From: Bacteriovoracaceae bacterium | GTDB taxonomy: Bacteria; Bdellovibrionota; Bacteriovoracia; Bacteriovoracales; Bacteriovoracaceae | Direction: 5' to 3' | DNA: 64,000 nucleotides | NCBI GenBank assembly: GCA_965217035.1 | Contig: OZ244226.1 | Location: 744,001-808,000, forward strand | Part shown: positions 1 through 10,048 of the stretch, piece by piece | How the letters are laid out: each line of letters begins with the position of its first letter | How positions within the stretch are numbered: position 1 is the stretch's first letter | Translations under genes and position numbers: made by a program | The notes under the pieces: model-generated | What the model was told of the DNA's origin: nothing | The model's input: the letters and a program-made list of their open reading frames with translations, nothing else | Databases searched by the model: none

Positions 1-618
1 CCGACAACGAAGATCAAGGTCTACTAAAAAGCTCGGTAAATTCCAGTGAGGTTTTATTTTGATTTTAACTCTTTGAACGTATTTATCAAGTTCAGAAAGA
101 TCAACATCATTCACTTCGCCAGTTGCACTCTCTCCTTTTGAGAGCTTATTCCCCATTAAAATCAAATTTGCTAAATCTTTCGCTGCACTCTTTTTTGCCT
201 TTTTAGCGATACTCTTTGGTTTTCCTACTTTTGATTTCTTTTTTCCTTTTTTCTTATTTTTAGACTTTTTATTCTTAAGAAGAACCATGTCTCCTTTTTT
301 TATAACGTCTTCTTTTTTAGCAGGATTTTTAATTTTTCCTTTCTCTACTTTTTGTTCAATCTCAGTTGTTTTGACTTGTTTTTCGAGTTGAATTTTTCCT
401 GATTTAATTTCTGGAAGTCTTTCTAACTCTTTAGTGGTTAGCGTTGGCATTCCGACAAGATCAACTTTTACAGCATCAGGAACTTTTCTAAGAGTCGATT
501 CAAATAAAGATTTCTTAGTGATCATCTTATAAAGAATAGGATAAGAAAATGTAAGCATCGCTATTGTTGCATGGACAATAAAAGAAAGAACAAAACTTTT
601 CCTAAGGTCAAAATTCAT
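1..618 (-). CDS. tolA: TolA/TonB-family inner-membrane energy transducer, 3' end runs off the window
   Basis: Manual translation from ATG 618 (TGATG overlap with the tolR stop): MNFDLRKSFVLSFIVHATIAML with an S-x3-H TM motif, a Lys-rich linker, then YVQRVKIKIKPHWNLP typical of a TolA/TonB C-domain. Follows tolQR. Confidence 0.8.
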   Translation of the reverse strand, partial: MNFDLRKSFVLSFIVHATIAMLTFSYPILYKMITKKSLFESTLRKVPDAVKVDLVGMPTLTTKELERLPEIKSGKIQLEKQVKTTEIEQKVEKGKIKNPAKKEDVIKKGDMVLLKNKKSKNKKKGKKKSKVGKPKSIAKKAKKSAAKDLANLILMGNKLSKGESATGEVNDVDLSELDKYVQRVKIKIKPHWNLPSFLVDLDLRCR

Positions 619-1031
619 CATTTTTCATCAATTTCAGTAATCAAAGAGACTTGAGTAATACCACTTGCCTTAAGGTAAGCCATTGCTTTTGCGACTTCAC
701 CGTACACAACTCTGTAATCGGCACGAATAAAAACACTTTCAGTTTTCTTCTCCGTCATTAACTTTGTAATAAAAGGGACCAACTCCGATTTTAGAACTTT
801 TTGTTCATCCAGATAAAATTCACCTGTTTTACCAATACTAAGAATGATTTGAGAACTTTTAAGATTCACTCCTTGAATCTTTTTCGTTTTTGGCAGTTTG
901 ACATCAACTCCATTAAACATGAGCGGCGCACTTATCATGAAAATAACGAGAAGAACCAACATAACATCAACAAGAGGAGTGACATTAATTTCGGAGATAA
1001 TCTCTTCATCATTGTTCATATTGAAGGCCAT
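618..1031 (-). CDS. tolR: TolR/ExbD biopolymer transport protein
   Basis: EINVTPLVDVMLVLLVIFM and VFIRAD motifs. Confidence 0.9.
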   Translation of the reverse strand: MAFNMNNDEEIISEINVTPLVDVMLVLLVIFMISAPLMFNGVDVKLPKTKKIQGVNLKSSQIILSIGKTGEFYLDEQKVLKSELVPFITKLMTEKKTESVFIRADYRVVYGEVAKAMAYLKASGITQVSLITEIDEK

Positions 1032-1041
1032 GATATCCCCC

Positions 1042-1737
1042 CTATCGAATCGAGTAATATTTAAGAAAATTCAAAAGATCTTGAGAAAACGAATTCATAT
1101 CAAGTTTTAAATTCTGAAGTTTCTTCGAATAGATATTATAAAACCAACTGGCAGGAATCGCAGCAAAAAGTCCTACAGCTGTCGCAACGAGCGCTTCAGC
1201 AATCCCTGGAGCAACAGCTTCAATGCTTCCACCACCTGTCGAAAGCCCATTGAAAGAATTGATAATTCCCCATACTGTTCCGAATAAGCCAACAAAAGGT
1301 GTTACTGTCGCAATACTTGCAAGCATCGAACGATGTTTATCGACTTCCTTAATTGCTTCGTTACTTCCCTTCATTAGAGAACGTTCGAAATTATCGTAAT
1401 TATTTTTGTCTAAGTAAGAAGCAAGATCAAGGTTTTCAATCTCTGTAACTTTGTCATTCACTTTTCGGAGTTCTTTATAAAAATTATTCCAAATATGAAA
1501 TAAAGGTGAATCTTTATATTTTTCAATTTTATCATTCAGGCTATTAAGAGAAGAAAAACTTGAAATACTATCTTTGAAGAAAATCGATAAAAATTCAGAA
1601 TTAAGATCTTGAATCTTTTTATAAAACTTGTGGTAATGAAAAACGATTCCCCAGGAAAGGATCGACAACAACAACAAAAGTATAAGAACTCCCTTTACAA
1701 CGAGCCCAGACTCCCAAATGATCGCTAAAATATCCAT
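1042..1737 (-). CDS. tolQ: TolQ/ExbB (MotA family) proton channel
   Basis: PFVGLFGTVWGI and VAPGIAEALVATAVGLFAAIPA motifs. Confidence 0.9.
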   Translation of the reverse strand: MDILAIIWESGLVVKGVLILLLLLSILSWGIVFHYHKFYKKIQDLNSEFLSIFFKDSISSFSSLNSLNDKIEKYKDSPLFHIWNNFYKELRKVNDKVTEIENLDLASYLDKNNYDNFERSLMKGSNEAIKEVDKHRSMLASIATVTPFVGLFGTVWGIINSFNGLSTGGGSIEAVAPGIAEALVATAVGLFAAIPASWFYNIYSKKLQNLKLDMNSFSQDLLNFLKYYSIR

Positions 1738-1828
1738 AGTTTACCTTGTTTAAAGAGTGAAAAAGTCATCTCTTTATTCTACCAAAGCCTCGCTTTTCTT
1801 CAATCTCACCTTTAGCCGAGGTATAGAC

Positions 1829-2536
1829 TCAGGCTTCTTCGATCAGCTTATTCTTTTTTGGAAAACGGGACTTAATCCCCATGTAGAGTGAAAAACTTAG
1901 AAGGAGAGAAATGAAGTATAAAAACATTTCTTGTTTTGGTTGAGTGGATTCAACAAAAATAAATAGACCTGATAAGGCACTCAAATAAACCATATGAATA
2001 TTATTCCAACGATTTAGAGATTGATAAAGAAAATAAAAAAAACCCATTGCGACAAAGCTCAAATAAAAGCCTTCTTGATAAATCACAAAATAGACAACAA
2101 CTTGAGTGAAAGAAATAAGCGTCAGGTCCACACGATTAAACTCTTTATAGTATTTTCGAAGAAGTAAAAAAAGTGAAAAGTCGAAGAATAAACTAATAAG
2201 ATGGAACAAAGAATTTATAGAAAATAACCCCGTATTTGAGATAAATAATTTGAGAATCAAGGCCAAGAGAAAGAAGATTCCAAGATTAAAACAGGTTACT
2301 TTGCTTATCTTTTGATCAAATGTCTCCATCCCCTTTTTATAAAAGCCTAAGACCTTATATGTCGTTAAAAAAGCTAATATTTTTATTGTGAGTAGAAGAA
2401 AATTTCGAGAAGAGTATAACCAGCTCGCTACATCATCAAACTTTCCATTAGAAAGGAAAATAAAAAAGACTCCTAGGCCGCAAACAACAACCCCATATCC
2501 AAAATGTAAAAACCAGTTAAAAAGATAGTACGGCAT
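1829..2536 (-). CDS. Polytopic membrane protein of unknown function
   Basis: 235-aa ORF with several hydrophobic segments; 2 bp from the upstream gene. Confidence 0.65.
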   Translation of the reverse strand: MPYYLFNWFLHFGYGVVVCGLGVFFIFLSNGKFDDVASWLYSSRNFLLLTIKILAFLTTYKVLGFYKKGMETFDQKISKVTCFNLGIFFLLALILKLFISNTGLFSINSLFHLISLFFDFSLFLLLRKYYKEFNRVDLTLISFTQVVVYFVIYQEGFYLSFVAMGFFYFLYQSLNRWNNIHMVYLSALSGLFIFVESTQPKQEMFLYFISLLLSFSLYMGIKSRFPKKNKLIEEA

Positions 2537-2538
2537 AA

Positions 2539-3426
2539 CTAAGGAATGGAAGTCGCTTTCTTAGGTTTAAGCCAAGAAAGCTGCATTATAGGAGAGGGAT
2601 AAATTTTCATATATTTTTTATATTGTGTATTTGCTTGTGTCAGGAAATCTCTTTTTTTACACAGTTGATAATAAGCATTCCAGTATTCAGGATAGGGCTT
2701 AAGAAGGTCACTCATTTTTTTTGTAACCTCGAATTGTTGCTGAAAAGTATACCCGCGATTTAAAATAATATCCGAATAATCATCGATAAGTCCTTGGAAA
2801 GCAATCATTCTTTTTTTTGCATCTTTTTCAACAATTTCTTTCCCAAGTTGGCTTTTGAATCCTTTCGAACGAATGTTCTTCTTAAAGAAATTTTTATTCA
2901 AGCGAATCAAATCTTCTAACAAGAGCATTGAGATTTCTTTCTTCTTAAGATCCATTGTTTTGATGAACGGGATGCTTAATACAAAAATATAACTTTCTGC
3001 AGACGAAGGGAGAGCAAAGTGAGGCACAATGTCATTTTTGCTATAAATGATTTTAATCTTCTTTTCAACAAAGCCAAGTTGAAGCAAAGTTTTTCTTAAA
3101 TGAACACCAATTCCATAAACAGGTTTATCAAAGTCCCACTTTAATAAAGGAGCATTCTTAACAAGCCAATACTCTGATGAAACTTCCCAAAATTCTGATT
3201 CAGAAGGATAAAACGACTTTTTCTTTTGAATTTTTTTTCGTGCTTTTTTTATTCTCTCCAGTGTTTTTTTTCTCTTTTGTGCATTTTTATAAAGCTTATC
3301 TTTGATAAGAATATCTTTGAGATCATCAAGTTCTACTTGATCTACTTTTTTCTCAAGATTTGTCTTAGTAGAATCAGCCCTAAGACCTAAAGAAAGTAGA
3401 AAGAAAAAAACTATAAACTTCATCAT
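2539..3426 (-). CDS. Secreted protein, possibly a degenerate M48-peptidase-like fold
   Basis: Signal peptide. VPHFALP, EISMLLLEDLIR, YTFQQQFEV and YPS occur in the order of the M48 motifs, but HExxH is absent. Confidence 0.55.
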   Translation of the reverse strand: MMKFIVFFFLLSLGLRADSTKTNLEKKVDQVELDDLKDILIKDKLYKNAQKRKKTLERIKKARKKIQKKKSFYPSESEFWEVSSEYWLVKNAPLLKWDFDKPVYGIGVHLRKTLLQLGFVEKKIKIIYSKNDIVPHFALPSSAESYIFVLSIPFIKTMDLKKKEISMLLLEDLIRLNKNFFKKNIRSKGFKSQLGKEIVEKDAKKRMIAFQGLIDDYSDIILNRGYTFQQQFEVTKKMSDLLKPYPEYWNAYYQLCKKRDFLTQANTQYKKYMKIYPSPIMQLSWLKPKKATSIP

Positions 3427-3800
3427 GGTTTTGTATCTATTATTATGTATTGATCATAAAGTCTGGCCCAATAATAAAGGTCAGATAAATTCAAAGAAAG
3501 ATCATTATAAAATTGATTATATTTTTTTTGAAAACATTCGGGTCGAGATTTAGAAAGATATTTCTTAGCAATATACCCTTTCTTATCTCCAGTTAAAACA
3601 TATAACCAATCTTTGTATTTATGTTCTTGTTTTTCATAAACTTTTACCGGGAATCCACAGGCAATTGCCGTTTCACTTCCTGCCAACTCGTAAGGTTTGT
3701 CATGAACATGTCCAAAAATTTCAGTGAAATACTGAATACCATACTCTCGAGTCATTCCAGTAGCGCTCCAGATAAATATAAAATAAAGAAAAATTTTCAT
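3423..3800 (-). CDS. Small secreted SH3b-like protein
   Basis: Signal peptide; DWLYVLTGDKKGYI resembles the SH3b W-x-x-V...G-Y-I pattern. Confidence 0.55.
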   Translation of the reverse strand: MKIFLYFIFIWSATGMTREYGIQYFTEIFGHVHDKPYELAGSETAIACGFPVKVYEKQEHKYKDWLYVLTGDKKGYIAKKYLSKSRPECFQKKYNQFYNDLSLNLSDLYYWARLYDQYIIIDTKP

Positions 3801-4303
3801 AAATCGATCTTCATTGTTTTAAAACTTGGAAAGTTGATAGTAATAATATCAACGTTTTTATCAGCACAAAGCATTCTTGGTTTATACATGTTCAGATTCC
3901 ACCGTACATAATCCGGATGCATTTTTAAGTGTTCTATAAATCGCGTAGGAATAACCTCATTAAAATTATTTGTTTTCATTTCTGACATATACATTGCGTC
4001 TGTTAAAACTTTACTAAAATTACTCGTACTCATCGAAATAAAGAGCTTGTCACATTGATTAAGGTATTTCTTTTCACTTCCCGAGAGCCAAGCTGTAAAC
4101 TTTGAATCTTTTTTGAGTTCAGCAATGAAAGTATCAAATTCTAAATGAGATTGAGAAAACCAACTTACTCTTTTGAACTCTAACTTTTCTTTCCAAACTA
4201 ATTGCTTCAACCGACCACCATCAAACTTAACGCTATCGACATAAGCGTTTTTATCACTCATCGAACTACAGGCAATTAAAAAGAGAAGGCTAATTATCTT
4301 CAT
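3797..4303 (-). CDS. Lipoprotein of unknown function
   Basis: Start at MKIISLLFLIAC (lipobox), overlapping the upstream gene. Confidence 0.65.
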   Translation of the reverse strand: MKIISLLFLIACSSMSDKNAYVDSVKFDGGRLKQLVWKEKLEFKRVSWFSQSHLEFDTFIAELKKDSKFTAWLSGSEKKYLNQCDKLFISMSTSNFSKVLTDAMYMSEMKTNNFNEVIPTRFIEHLKMHPDYVRWNLNMYKPRMLCADKNVDIITINFPSFKTMKIDL

Positions 4304-5030
4304 GATTTTCTTCCTTACTATTATAATAAAGATGATCACACTGAGTGTGTATGATTAATTTCTTTAAAGCGCTGATTGTTCTCTCAACTTTAGAGTTCGC
4401 CCTCGTTTCAATAAATTTAATTGGAACTCTGACAAAATAAAGTGCTTCTCCAATATGTTCATAAGCTTTTAGGTATTGCCGCCAAAATTTCCAGGTAAGA
4501 GTTTCTGTTACAAAGCCTTCCTCTGAGTTTCTTCTGATTTCGTAAAGTTCTTCCATCCCACCTGGTAAATCAACTTGAAAAAGAAAAGACATGAGTTTCT
4601 TATTAGAATGAAAATAAGGGTCGACAAAAATAATTTCTGAAATTTTTTCATTAGTTAATAAGAAATATTTTTTAAAAAAACTAAGACCCAGAAGACAGCT
4701 ATTTCCCCAAATTATTAATTTTACTTTTTCATATTTCTCTACAGCTTCTTCGATAAGATCTTTTAATGATTCTATATATTCTGAAAAGTCATCGATAGAT
4801 CCTCTCTTCCCACTGCTCAAACCATGACCGAGAAGATCAAAAAAAATAAAATCACCTTTATCTTTTTTAGTGAAATCGACAATATAATCCTGTTCAAAAA
4901 GTTTATTATGAGAATCTCCAAAACCATGAATAAAAAGCGAAGCTTCTTGACCTCCTCTCTCACACTTTATAGTATGAAGAGTTTGGCCTTGCTCTGCGAC
5001 AAATGGTTGTGCTAAAAACTCTAGCTGCAA
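4290..5030 (-). CDS. Alpha/beta hydrolase (lysophospholipase-like), probably catalytically degenerate
   Basis: FIHGFGD and FDLLGHGLSSGKRG are present; the nucleophile elbow reads IWGNSC rather than GHSxG; SD GAGGAG before TTG. Confidence 0.7.
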   Translation of the reverse strand: MQLEFLAQPFVAEQGQTLHTIKCERGGQEASLFIHGFGDSHNKLFEQDYIVDFTKKDKGDFIFFDLLGHGLSSGKRGSIDDFSEYIESLKDLIEEAVEKYEKVKLIIWGNSCLLGLSFFKKYFLLTNEKISEIIFVDPYFHSNKKLMSFLFQVDLPGGMEELYEIRRNSEEGFVTETLTWKFWRQYLKAYEHIGEALYFVRVPIKFIETRANSKVERTISALKKLIIHTQCDHLYYNSKEENHEDN

Positions 5031-5051
5031 AATGGCTCCTCTATTAATGAG

Positions 5052-5888
5052 TTAATGAGTCGCGAGGTAAGAACTAATCGCAGACTTTGCTTCTTTCGAG
5101 AGGTCTACGAACTGTAATGAAAACCCATTGTCGTCATCTAAAAGACGAACAATCTTAGCTTTTGCTACAAATTGATGCCCTTCCTCCTCTGGATGGACAT
5201 TTAACGAAATCTCCTCACCCAGCTCAACTGGAAGGTTATCGATAAGAACTTTCATCCCCCCTAAAGAGATATCTTTACAGATGCCTTCAAAGAATTGGTC
5301 ATTGTTTGTAAAAAAGAGTCTCGCTGTAAAAGGCTTACGCTCCCAAACTCTTTTATCATTATCTTCAATCACAGGAGGTAATTCTTCAAATACTTGCTCA
5401 AAGTCTTCAAACGAAGCAAGTACTCTCCACACATTGAGACCAGGGAAAAAAACTAATGTTTTACCATTGATTCTTTTGGACTTATAAAGCTTTTTAACCA
5501 TTCCAAGATTATAAGGTCCATACTCAGCAGCTTTACCACCACGGTCAAGACCTGTCTTGATATAAACAACTTTTTTATTGGGTTCAAGTGCTCCTAAATT
5601 CAGAACTGTTTTATCACGATCAACTTGCATCTCATTAAACTCTTGAGTTTTATCTTCTTCACTCATAACTTGTTTTTCAGTTTTTTCAGATTTAAGAGAT
5701 TCGATTTTCTTTTTATTGTCGACTTGAAATTCATCACAGTCCGCGATTTTTTTCCAATCATCAAAGCCTTTTACCCAGACATAACTATCATCAGAAAGTT
5801 TTCCTGCATCGATAAGTTTTAAGATATCTTTTTTACTGACCGGTCCTTTTCTCTCACCGTCTTCTACAAAATACCATTTCTCTTCCAT
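5052..5888 (-). CDS. Tandem GYF_2 domains plus C-terminal PilZ domain (putative c-di-GMP receptor)
   Basis: WY..GP..L...G.L....VW..G...W pattern twice; PilZ motifs RVWER (RxxxR) and DISLGG (DxSxxG). Confidence 0.85.
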   Translation of the reverse strand: MEEKWYFVEDGERKGPVSKKDILKLIDAGKLSDDSYVWVKGFDDWKKIADCDEFQVDNKKKIESLKSEKTEKQVMSEEDKTQEFNEMQVDRDKTVLNLGALEPNKKVVYIKTGLDRGGKAAEYGPYNLGMVKKLYKSKRINGKTLVFFPGLNVWRVLASFEDFEQVFEELPPVIEDNDKRVWERKPFTARLFFTNNDQFFEGICKDISLGGMKVLIDNLPVELGEEISLNVHPEEEGHQFVAKAKIVRLLDDDNGFSLQFVDLSKEAKSAISSYLATH

Positions 5889-5984
5889 GAAACATTCCTC
5901 AAAAATAATCTATCGATATTATTTTACCCTATTTCTGTAAAGAAATCACAAGGATACAAGTATTCCTGAGTAAGAATGTAGGAA

Positions 5985-7622
5985 TTAGTCTCCAAACGGT
6001 GCAGGCAAGTAACGAACCTGAAGATTTCTCCCTGAATCGTTACTGATAATCGCGCTTCCGTTGAACTTGATCACATAGCCCGTGAAGATTTCATCACTCG
6101 GGGTAACAGGAACAGGATTAGACGGACTTTCCACCAAAAGATTTTGACCCTCTTGGAATCCTATATATTCCCAGCCATCTGTTGAGCTCTCTGGTAAAGC
6201 AACCCCATCCAAAAAGACTTGGATTGAATCAGGATCAGGTTTTCTATCTTGGATAACAAAATAACCAAAGTATTTTGTAAATTCAGTTTTCCGAACAACA
6301 AGACATTCAGGATAGGTTACTTTTGCAGCTCCATTTAGCTGGACAAAATATCCACTCTCTAGTTCTGGTGGAATAAGCGCCGACACAGGAGGTGTTTCTC
6401 TGATATTCAAATCAGTCTGCGGTGTCGAAATAAAGGTATAACCATTCACATTGTCCCCGCGAGCGAGAACTTGTCCTGAAGGTCTTTTTGTAATCACTAA
6501 TTTATTTGGATCAAAATCTAAGACGCTTCCAAGTGGCCAATAGTTATAGGTATGTCCTCTTTTAAAATCTTCTATTTCTGTTGCAATAGAACTAAAGATA
6601 CTTGAAAGGTTATTTTGACAAAGATCAAAACTATCAGGTGTAGCTCCATTTCCACTTAAACTTTGTGAAGCAAGCATAGAATATGACATCGCCTTATAAC
6701 GATCACCTGGTGCTCTTACGGTCGATCCACAATCTGTATGATTCACAACAGAAAGAAAACGCAACTGAGGTGCATTCATATCTGATTTCGTTTGAAGAAA
6801 TTCAGATCTTCTTGTTTCAAAGAAACTTCCGATAATATTTCCCTGTCCATCATAAATATTGTCATTATCATCACCATTAGAAATGACAATAACAACAAGG
6901 TGAGAATTATCTCTAAAAATATAGTCATTACCATAATTAGAGTTATCTTCGCCATCTCTCCAAACTCTATAATAATCATCATTCACAAGTACTGACTTGT
7001 AAGTAATTCCATTAACAACGATATCAGTTGAAACAGATGTAGAATTACAATTGTTTCCATCAACCCCACAAGAAGAGTCTAGACAAAGAAGTCTTCCATT
7101 ATAATTCCCGATAAAATCAAGATCCCAGCCATAATCATGACAAAGGTCGCTCAAGTGCGAATTAACTCTAATAAGGTTATTCGCTCTTTGAAAACCTTTT
7201 TCAGAGTTAACATTATAACTAAATGGAGTAACCAGTTCGTTCACTCCTACAATCGTTGCACTCGAAGGAATTCCGACTGGAACTCTTGGAATGACTTGAT
7301 AACTTCTTTTTTCTAAATTTGTTTCCGTGAAACTTCCAACAAGAGGAGCAACATAGATTCTATAATCAAAAAAATTTTGAGCTTGCGTTACAATTGAACT
7401 TACAGCTCCTTTTAAATCTGCATCTAAAAACCCCACACTTCCCGTGTTATCAGTAAGGAGCAGAATATCTACTGGAGGAGGAGTAAAATTAGAGCATCTT
7501 TCTTCCACTTTGACTTGAACAGGAGCAATCGTCTTACTTGATCCAGTCGTTGTTTTCGTAAACTCGTCATCAGTACAAGCAAAGAGTGCTAAAAAAAGCA
7601 TTGGATAAATTAATTTCTTCAT
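5985..7622 (-). CDS. vWA-like (CglB-like) lipoprotein with two C-terminal beta-rich repeats
   Basis: Lipobox LFAC; VDILLLTDNTGS (MIDAS-like); FRDNSHLVVIVISNGDD; repeated DP..I.V...G(W/Y)...GY....NG.A units. Confidence 0.65.
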   Translation of the reverse strand: MKKLIYPMLFLALFACTDDEFTKTTTGSSKTIAPVQVKVEERCSNFTPPPVDILLLTDNTGSVGFLDADLKGAVSSIVTQAQNFFDYRIYVAPLVGSFTETNLEKRSYQVIPRVPVGIPSSATIVGVNELVTPFSYNVNSEKGFQRANNLIRVNSHLSDLCHDYGWDLDFIGNYNGRLLCLDSSCGVDGNNCNSTSVSTDIVVNGITYKSVLVNDDYYRVWRDGEDNSNYGNDYIFRDNSHLVVIVISNGDDNDNIYDGQGNIIGSFFETRRSEFLQTKSDMNAPQLRFLSVVNHTDCGSTVRAPGDRYKAMSYSMLASQSLSGNGATPDSFDLCQNNLSSIFSSIATEIEDFKRGHTYNYWPLGSVLDFDPNKLVITKRPSGQVLARGDNVNGYTFISTPQTDLNIRETPPVSALIPPELESGYFVQLNGAAKVTYPECLVVRKTEFTKYFGYFVIQDRKPDPDSIQVFLDGVALPESSTDGWEYIGFQEGQNLLVESPSNPVPVTPSDEIFTGYVIKFNGSAIISNDSGRNLQVRYLPAPFGD

Positions 7623-7630
7623 CTTATAAC

Positions 7631-7657
7631 TGATCGGTGTTTTATAAGAAATCTTTA
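7631..7657 (-). promoter_or_regulatory. Sigma-28 (FliA)-like promoter, leaderless
   Basis: TAAA-N15-ACCGATCA, 8 nt before ATG 7622, no SD. Confidence 0.65.
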
Positions 7658-7683
7658 AGAACTTTAAGGAATACTTGACTGGA

Positions 7684-8790
7684 TTATTTTTCTCTTTTTT
7701 CTTTATTTAACTTCTCAAAAAGGTCCATAAAACGAATAATAGGAAGAAGCTTCATAAGCTTATCAACATCAACCTCAAGCTTCACATTCTCAGCGTCAAT
7801 AAGATAAGCCTCTCCAACAATTCCTGCTTTTTGAGCATCATCAAGATTATCGATTCCTATATTGATATTTCGATATTTGAAGTCAGAAAGAATCTGCGAA
7901 ATATTGATGATTTTATAAGGAGTTGGGTTTTTAGTCTCCGGCTCTTCAATTTCAACTCTTTGCCTTTCAATGGCGAAGAATACTTCTTCAAGGAAGATTT
8001 TACACTTTGTAGAAATTGAAAGCTTTTTATCATCTGCAAGAAACTTTTCAGTATTATAGAAAGTAAAGATAGATTTAAGATATTCGAGATCCTTAAGAGC
8101 AAAAATAGAAGGAAACCCCTCTTGATCATTTCGAGTTTCAAGAAGATTTAAAGTTGAGAGGATGTGAATGATCGCCTCAAACTTTACTTCCATAATATTA
8201 TAAATATCTTTGGTATAAAGTTGAAGCATTCGCTTATTCATTAAGTAATGCCCTTTAGCATCTTTCTCTCCATGAGTATTATAAACCAGGTAAAGAGTAC
8301 AAAGGATTTTTAATAACTCATTATCTTTAATAAACTTATAAGACTTTCCACCACCAGAATCATAGCCCATCGAATTCGATTCAATCTCTTTAATCCGTCC
8401 ATTGGCCCTCTTTAGTCTTGTTGCAAGCGTATTAACGATTGTTTTAAACCAAGGATTAAGAGTTCCCAATGTTTTACCAAAAGCAACAAAGGAAACTTCA
8501 ATGATATGAGTCTGAACTAAAGCTTCAGCAGAACAAGATCTTCGTCCACCTGATCCATCATCATCAAAGAATGCCATTTCACCAAGAACCTCTCCGGATC
8601 TAAGAACTGCTAATTCAACGAAGCCATCGCCTTTCGGACGGAACAACCTTAGTTGCCCTTTTTGGATAATATAGAGAGAATTTGCAAGGTCTTTCTCTTT
8701 AAAAAGAATTTCACCAGCTTCTAAAACCCGAAGTCCGGATTTCTTTTGTTGGACCCCTTGCGAAGCGGCTGGTTTTTTTACTGCAGTCAT
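7684..8790 (-). CDS. Cyclic-nucleotide-binding (CRP/CNB) domain protein
   Basis: GEILFKE..LYIIQKG..GEVLGEMAF..RSCSAEAL at the N-terminus; C-terminal region not recognised. Confidence 0.8.
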   Translation of the reverse strand: MTAVKKPAASQGVQQKKSGLRVLEAGEILFKEKDLANSLYIIQKGQLRLFRPKGDGFVELAVLRSGEVLGEMAFFDDDGSGGRRSCSAEALVQTHIIEVSFVAFGKTLGTLNPWFKTIVNTLATRLKRANGRIKEIESNSMGYDSGGGKSYKFIKDNELLKILCTLYLVYNTHGEKDAKGHYLMNKRMLQLYTKDIYNIMEVKFEAIIHILSTLNLLETRNDQEGFPSIFALKDLEYLKSIFTFYNTEKFLADDKKLSISTKCKIFLEEVFFAIERQRVEIEEPETKNPTPYKIINISQILSDFKYRNINIGIDNLDDAQKAGIVGEAYLIDAENVKLEVDVDKLMKLLPIIRFMDLFEKLNKEKREK

Positions 8791-8799
8791 GGTGACTAC

Positions 8800-8826
8800 T
8801 ATTCGTCGAAACCTCGAAAGATCTTA
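8800..8826 (-). promoter_or_regulatory. Sigma-28-like promoter, leaderless
   Basis: TAAG-N15-GACGAATA, 9 nt before ATG 8790, no SD. Confidence 0.5.
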
Positions 8827-9984
8827 AGTAGTTTTTTCAATCACAATACTTAAGGCTTCTCCTCCACCAATACAGAGTGAAGCAAGACCTCGTCTTCCAC
8901 AGTTTCTTTCGAGTGCATTCATTAGAGTCACCAAAATCCGAGCTCCGCTACAACCGATTGGATGACCGAGACTGATTCCACCACCGTAAATATTGACCTT
9001 ATCACTAGGAATATTATGATCTTTCATCGCTGCCATGGTCACGGCCGCAAAAGCTTCGTTGATCTCAAAGACATCAATATCAGAAATAGAAAGATCGAGG
9101 TTTTTTAAATTTTTAGCAATGGCCTCACTTGGCGCTGTTGTAAACCAAGTCGGATTTTGTGCATGCCCTGCCCATCCAAGAATTTTAAACTTCGCCTGGT
9201 CTTTATACTTTTTACTTCCAAGAACGAGTGCTGCAGCCCCATCATTTAAAGTTGATGCATTGGCAGCTGTTATTCCTCCCTCTCTATCAAAGGCTGGTCT
9301 TAATGTTGGAATTTTATCAAACTTAGCTTTAAAAGGACCTTCATCAGCATCAATAATTGTGTCACCTTTTCTTCCTTTTACAGTCACAGGAGCAATTTCC
9401 GATTCAAAAATTTTTTCTTCACTTGCCTTTTGAGCTCGCTTGAAAGATTCAATCGAGAAATTGTCCATCTCTTCTCGAGAAAAGTTGTATTTTTTTACAC
9501 ATTCTTCAGCACAGCTTCCCATATGCTGATTACTATAAGGGTCCCAAAGACCATCATGAACCATAGCATCTTTCGTTTTAAGATCTCCAAGTTTCGTTCC
9601 AACTCTTCCATTAAAAAAGTGAGGTGCGAGAGACATGCTCTCCATTCCACCGGCCACAACGAGATCTTTTCCATCAACCAAAATATTTCGAGCAGCATCA
9701 AGCGTTGCCTGAAGTCCTGATCCACAAACCTTATTCACAGTGACACAAGGAACAGCCTCAGGAAGACCTGCATAAAGAGCTGCTTGCCTCGCCGGCGCTT
9801 GTCCAACTCCTGCTTGAAGCACTTGCCCCATATAAACTTGTTCGACAGCATCCCCGGAAACTCCGGCCGTCTCGAGAGCTGACTTGATAGCGGTTGCACC
9901 GAGATTAGGGGCTGTCACAGTCGAAAGACCCCCAAGAAATGAACCTTGTGGTGTTCGCTTTCCACCGAGAATATAAACTTCCAT
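8824..9984 (-). CDS. atoB: Acetyl-CoA C-acetyltransferase (thiolase)
   Basis: NKVCGSG, NEAFA, GHPIGCSG, CIGGG; start refined to ATG 9984 with SD AAGGAG. Confidence 0.92.
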   Translation of the reverse strand: MEVYILGGKRTPQGSFLGGLSTVTAPNLGATAIKSALETAGVSGDAVEQVYMGQVLQAGVGQAPARQAALYAGLPEAVPCVTVNKVCGSGLQATLDAARNILVDGKDLVVAGGMESMSLAPHFFNGRVGTKLGDLKTKDAMVHDGLWDPYSNQHMGSCAEECVKKYNFSREEMDNFSIESFKRAQKASEEKIFESEIAPVTVKGRKGDTIIDADEGPFKAKFDKIPTLRPAFDREGGITAANASTLNDGAAALVLGSKKYKDQAKFKILGWAGHAQNPTWFTTAPSEAIAKNLKNLDLSISDIDVFEINEAFAAVTMAAMKDHNIPSDKVNIYGGGISLGHPIGCSGARILVTLMNALERNCGRRGLASLCIGGGEALSIVIEKTT

Positions 9985-10048
9985 TTGATCTCCTTTTATA
10001 ACGCAATGAAGCTTCCCAACAAGGCGTCGGGGCCGTAAAACGCCTATC

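Noticed and set aside
4290..5030. Alpha/beta hydrolase as the missing MenH
   Set aside because: Lysophospholipase-like motifs, degenerate nucleophile elbow and about 40 kb from the men genes
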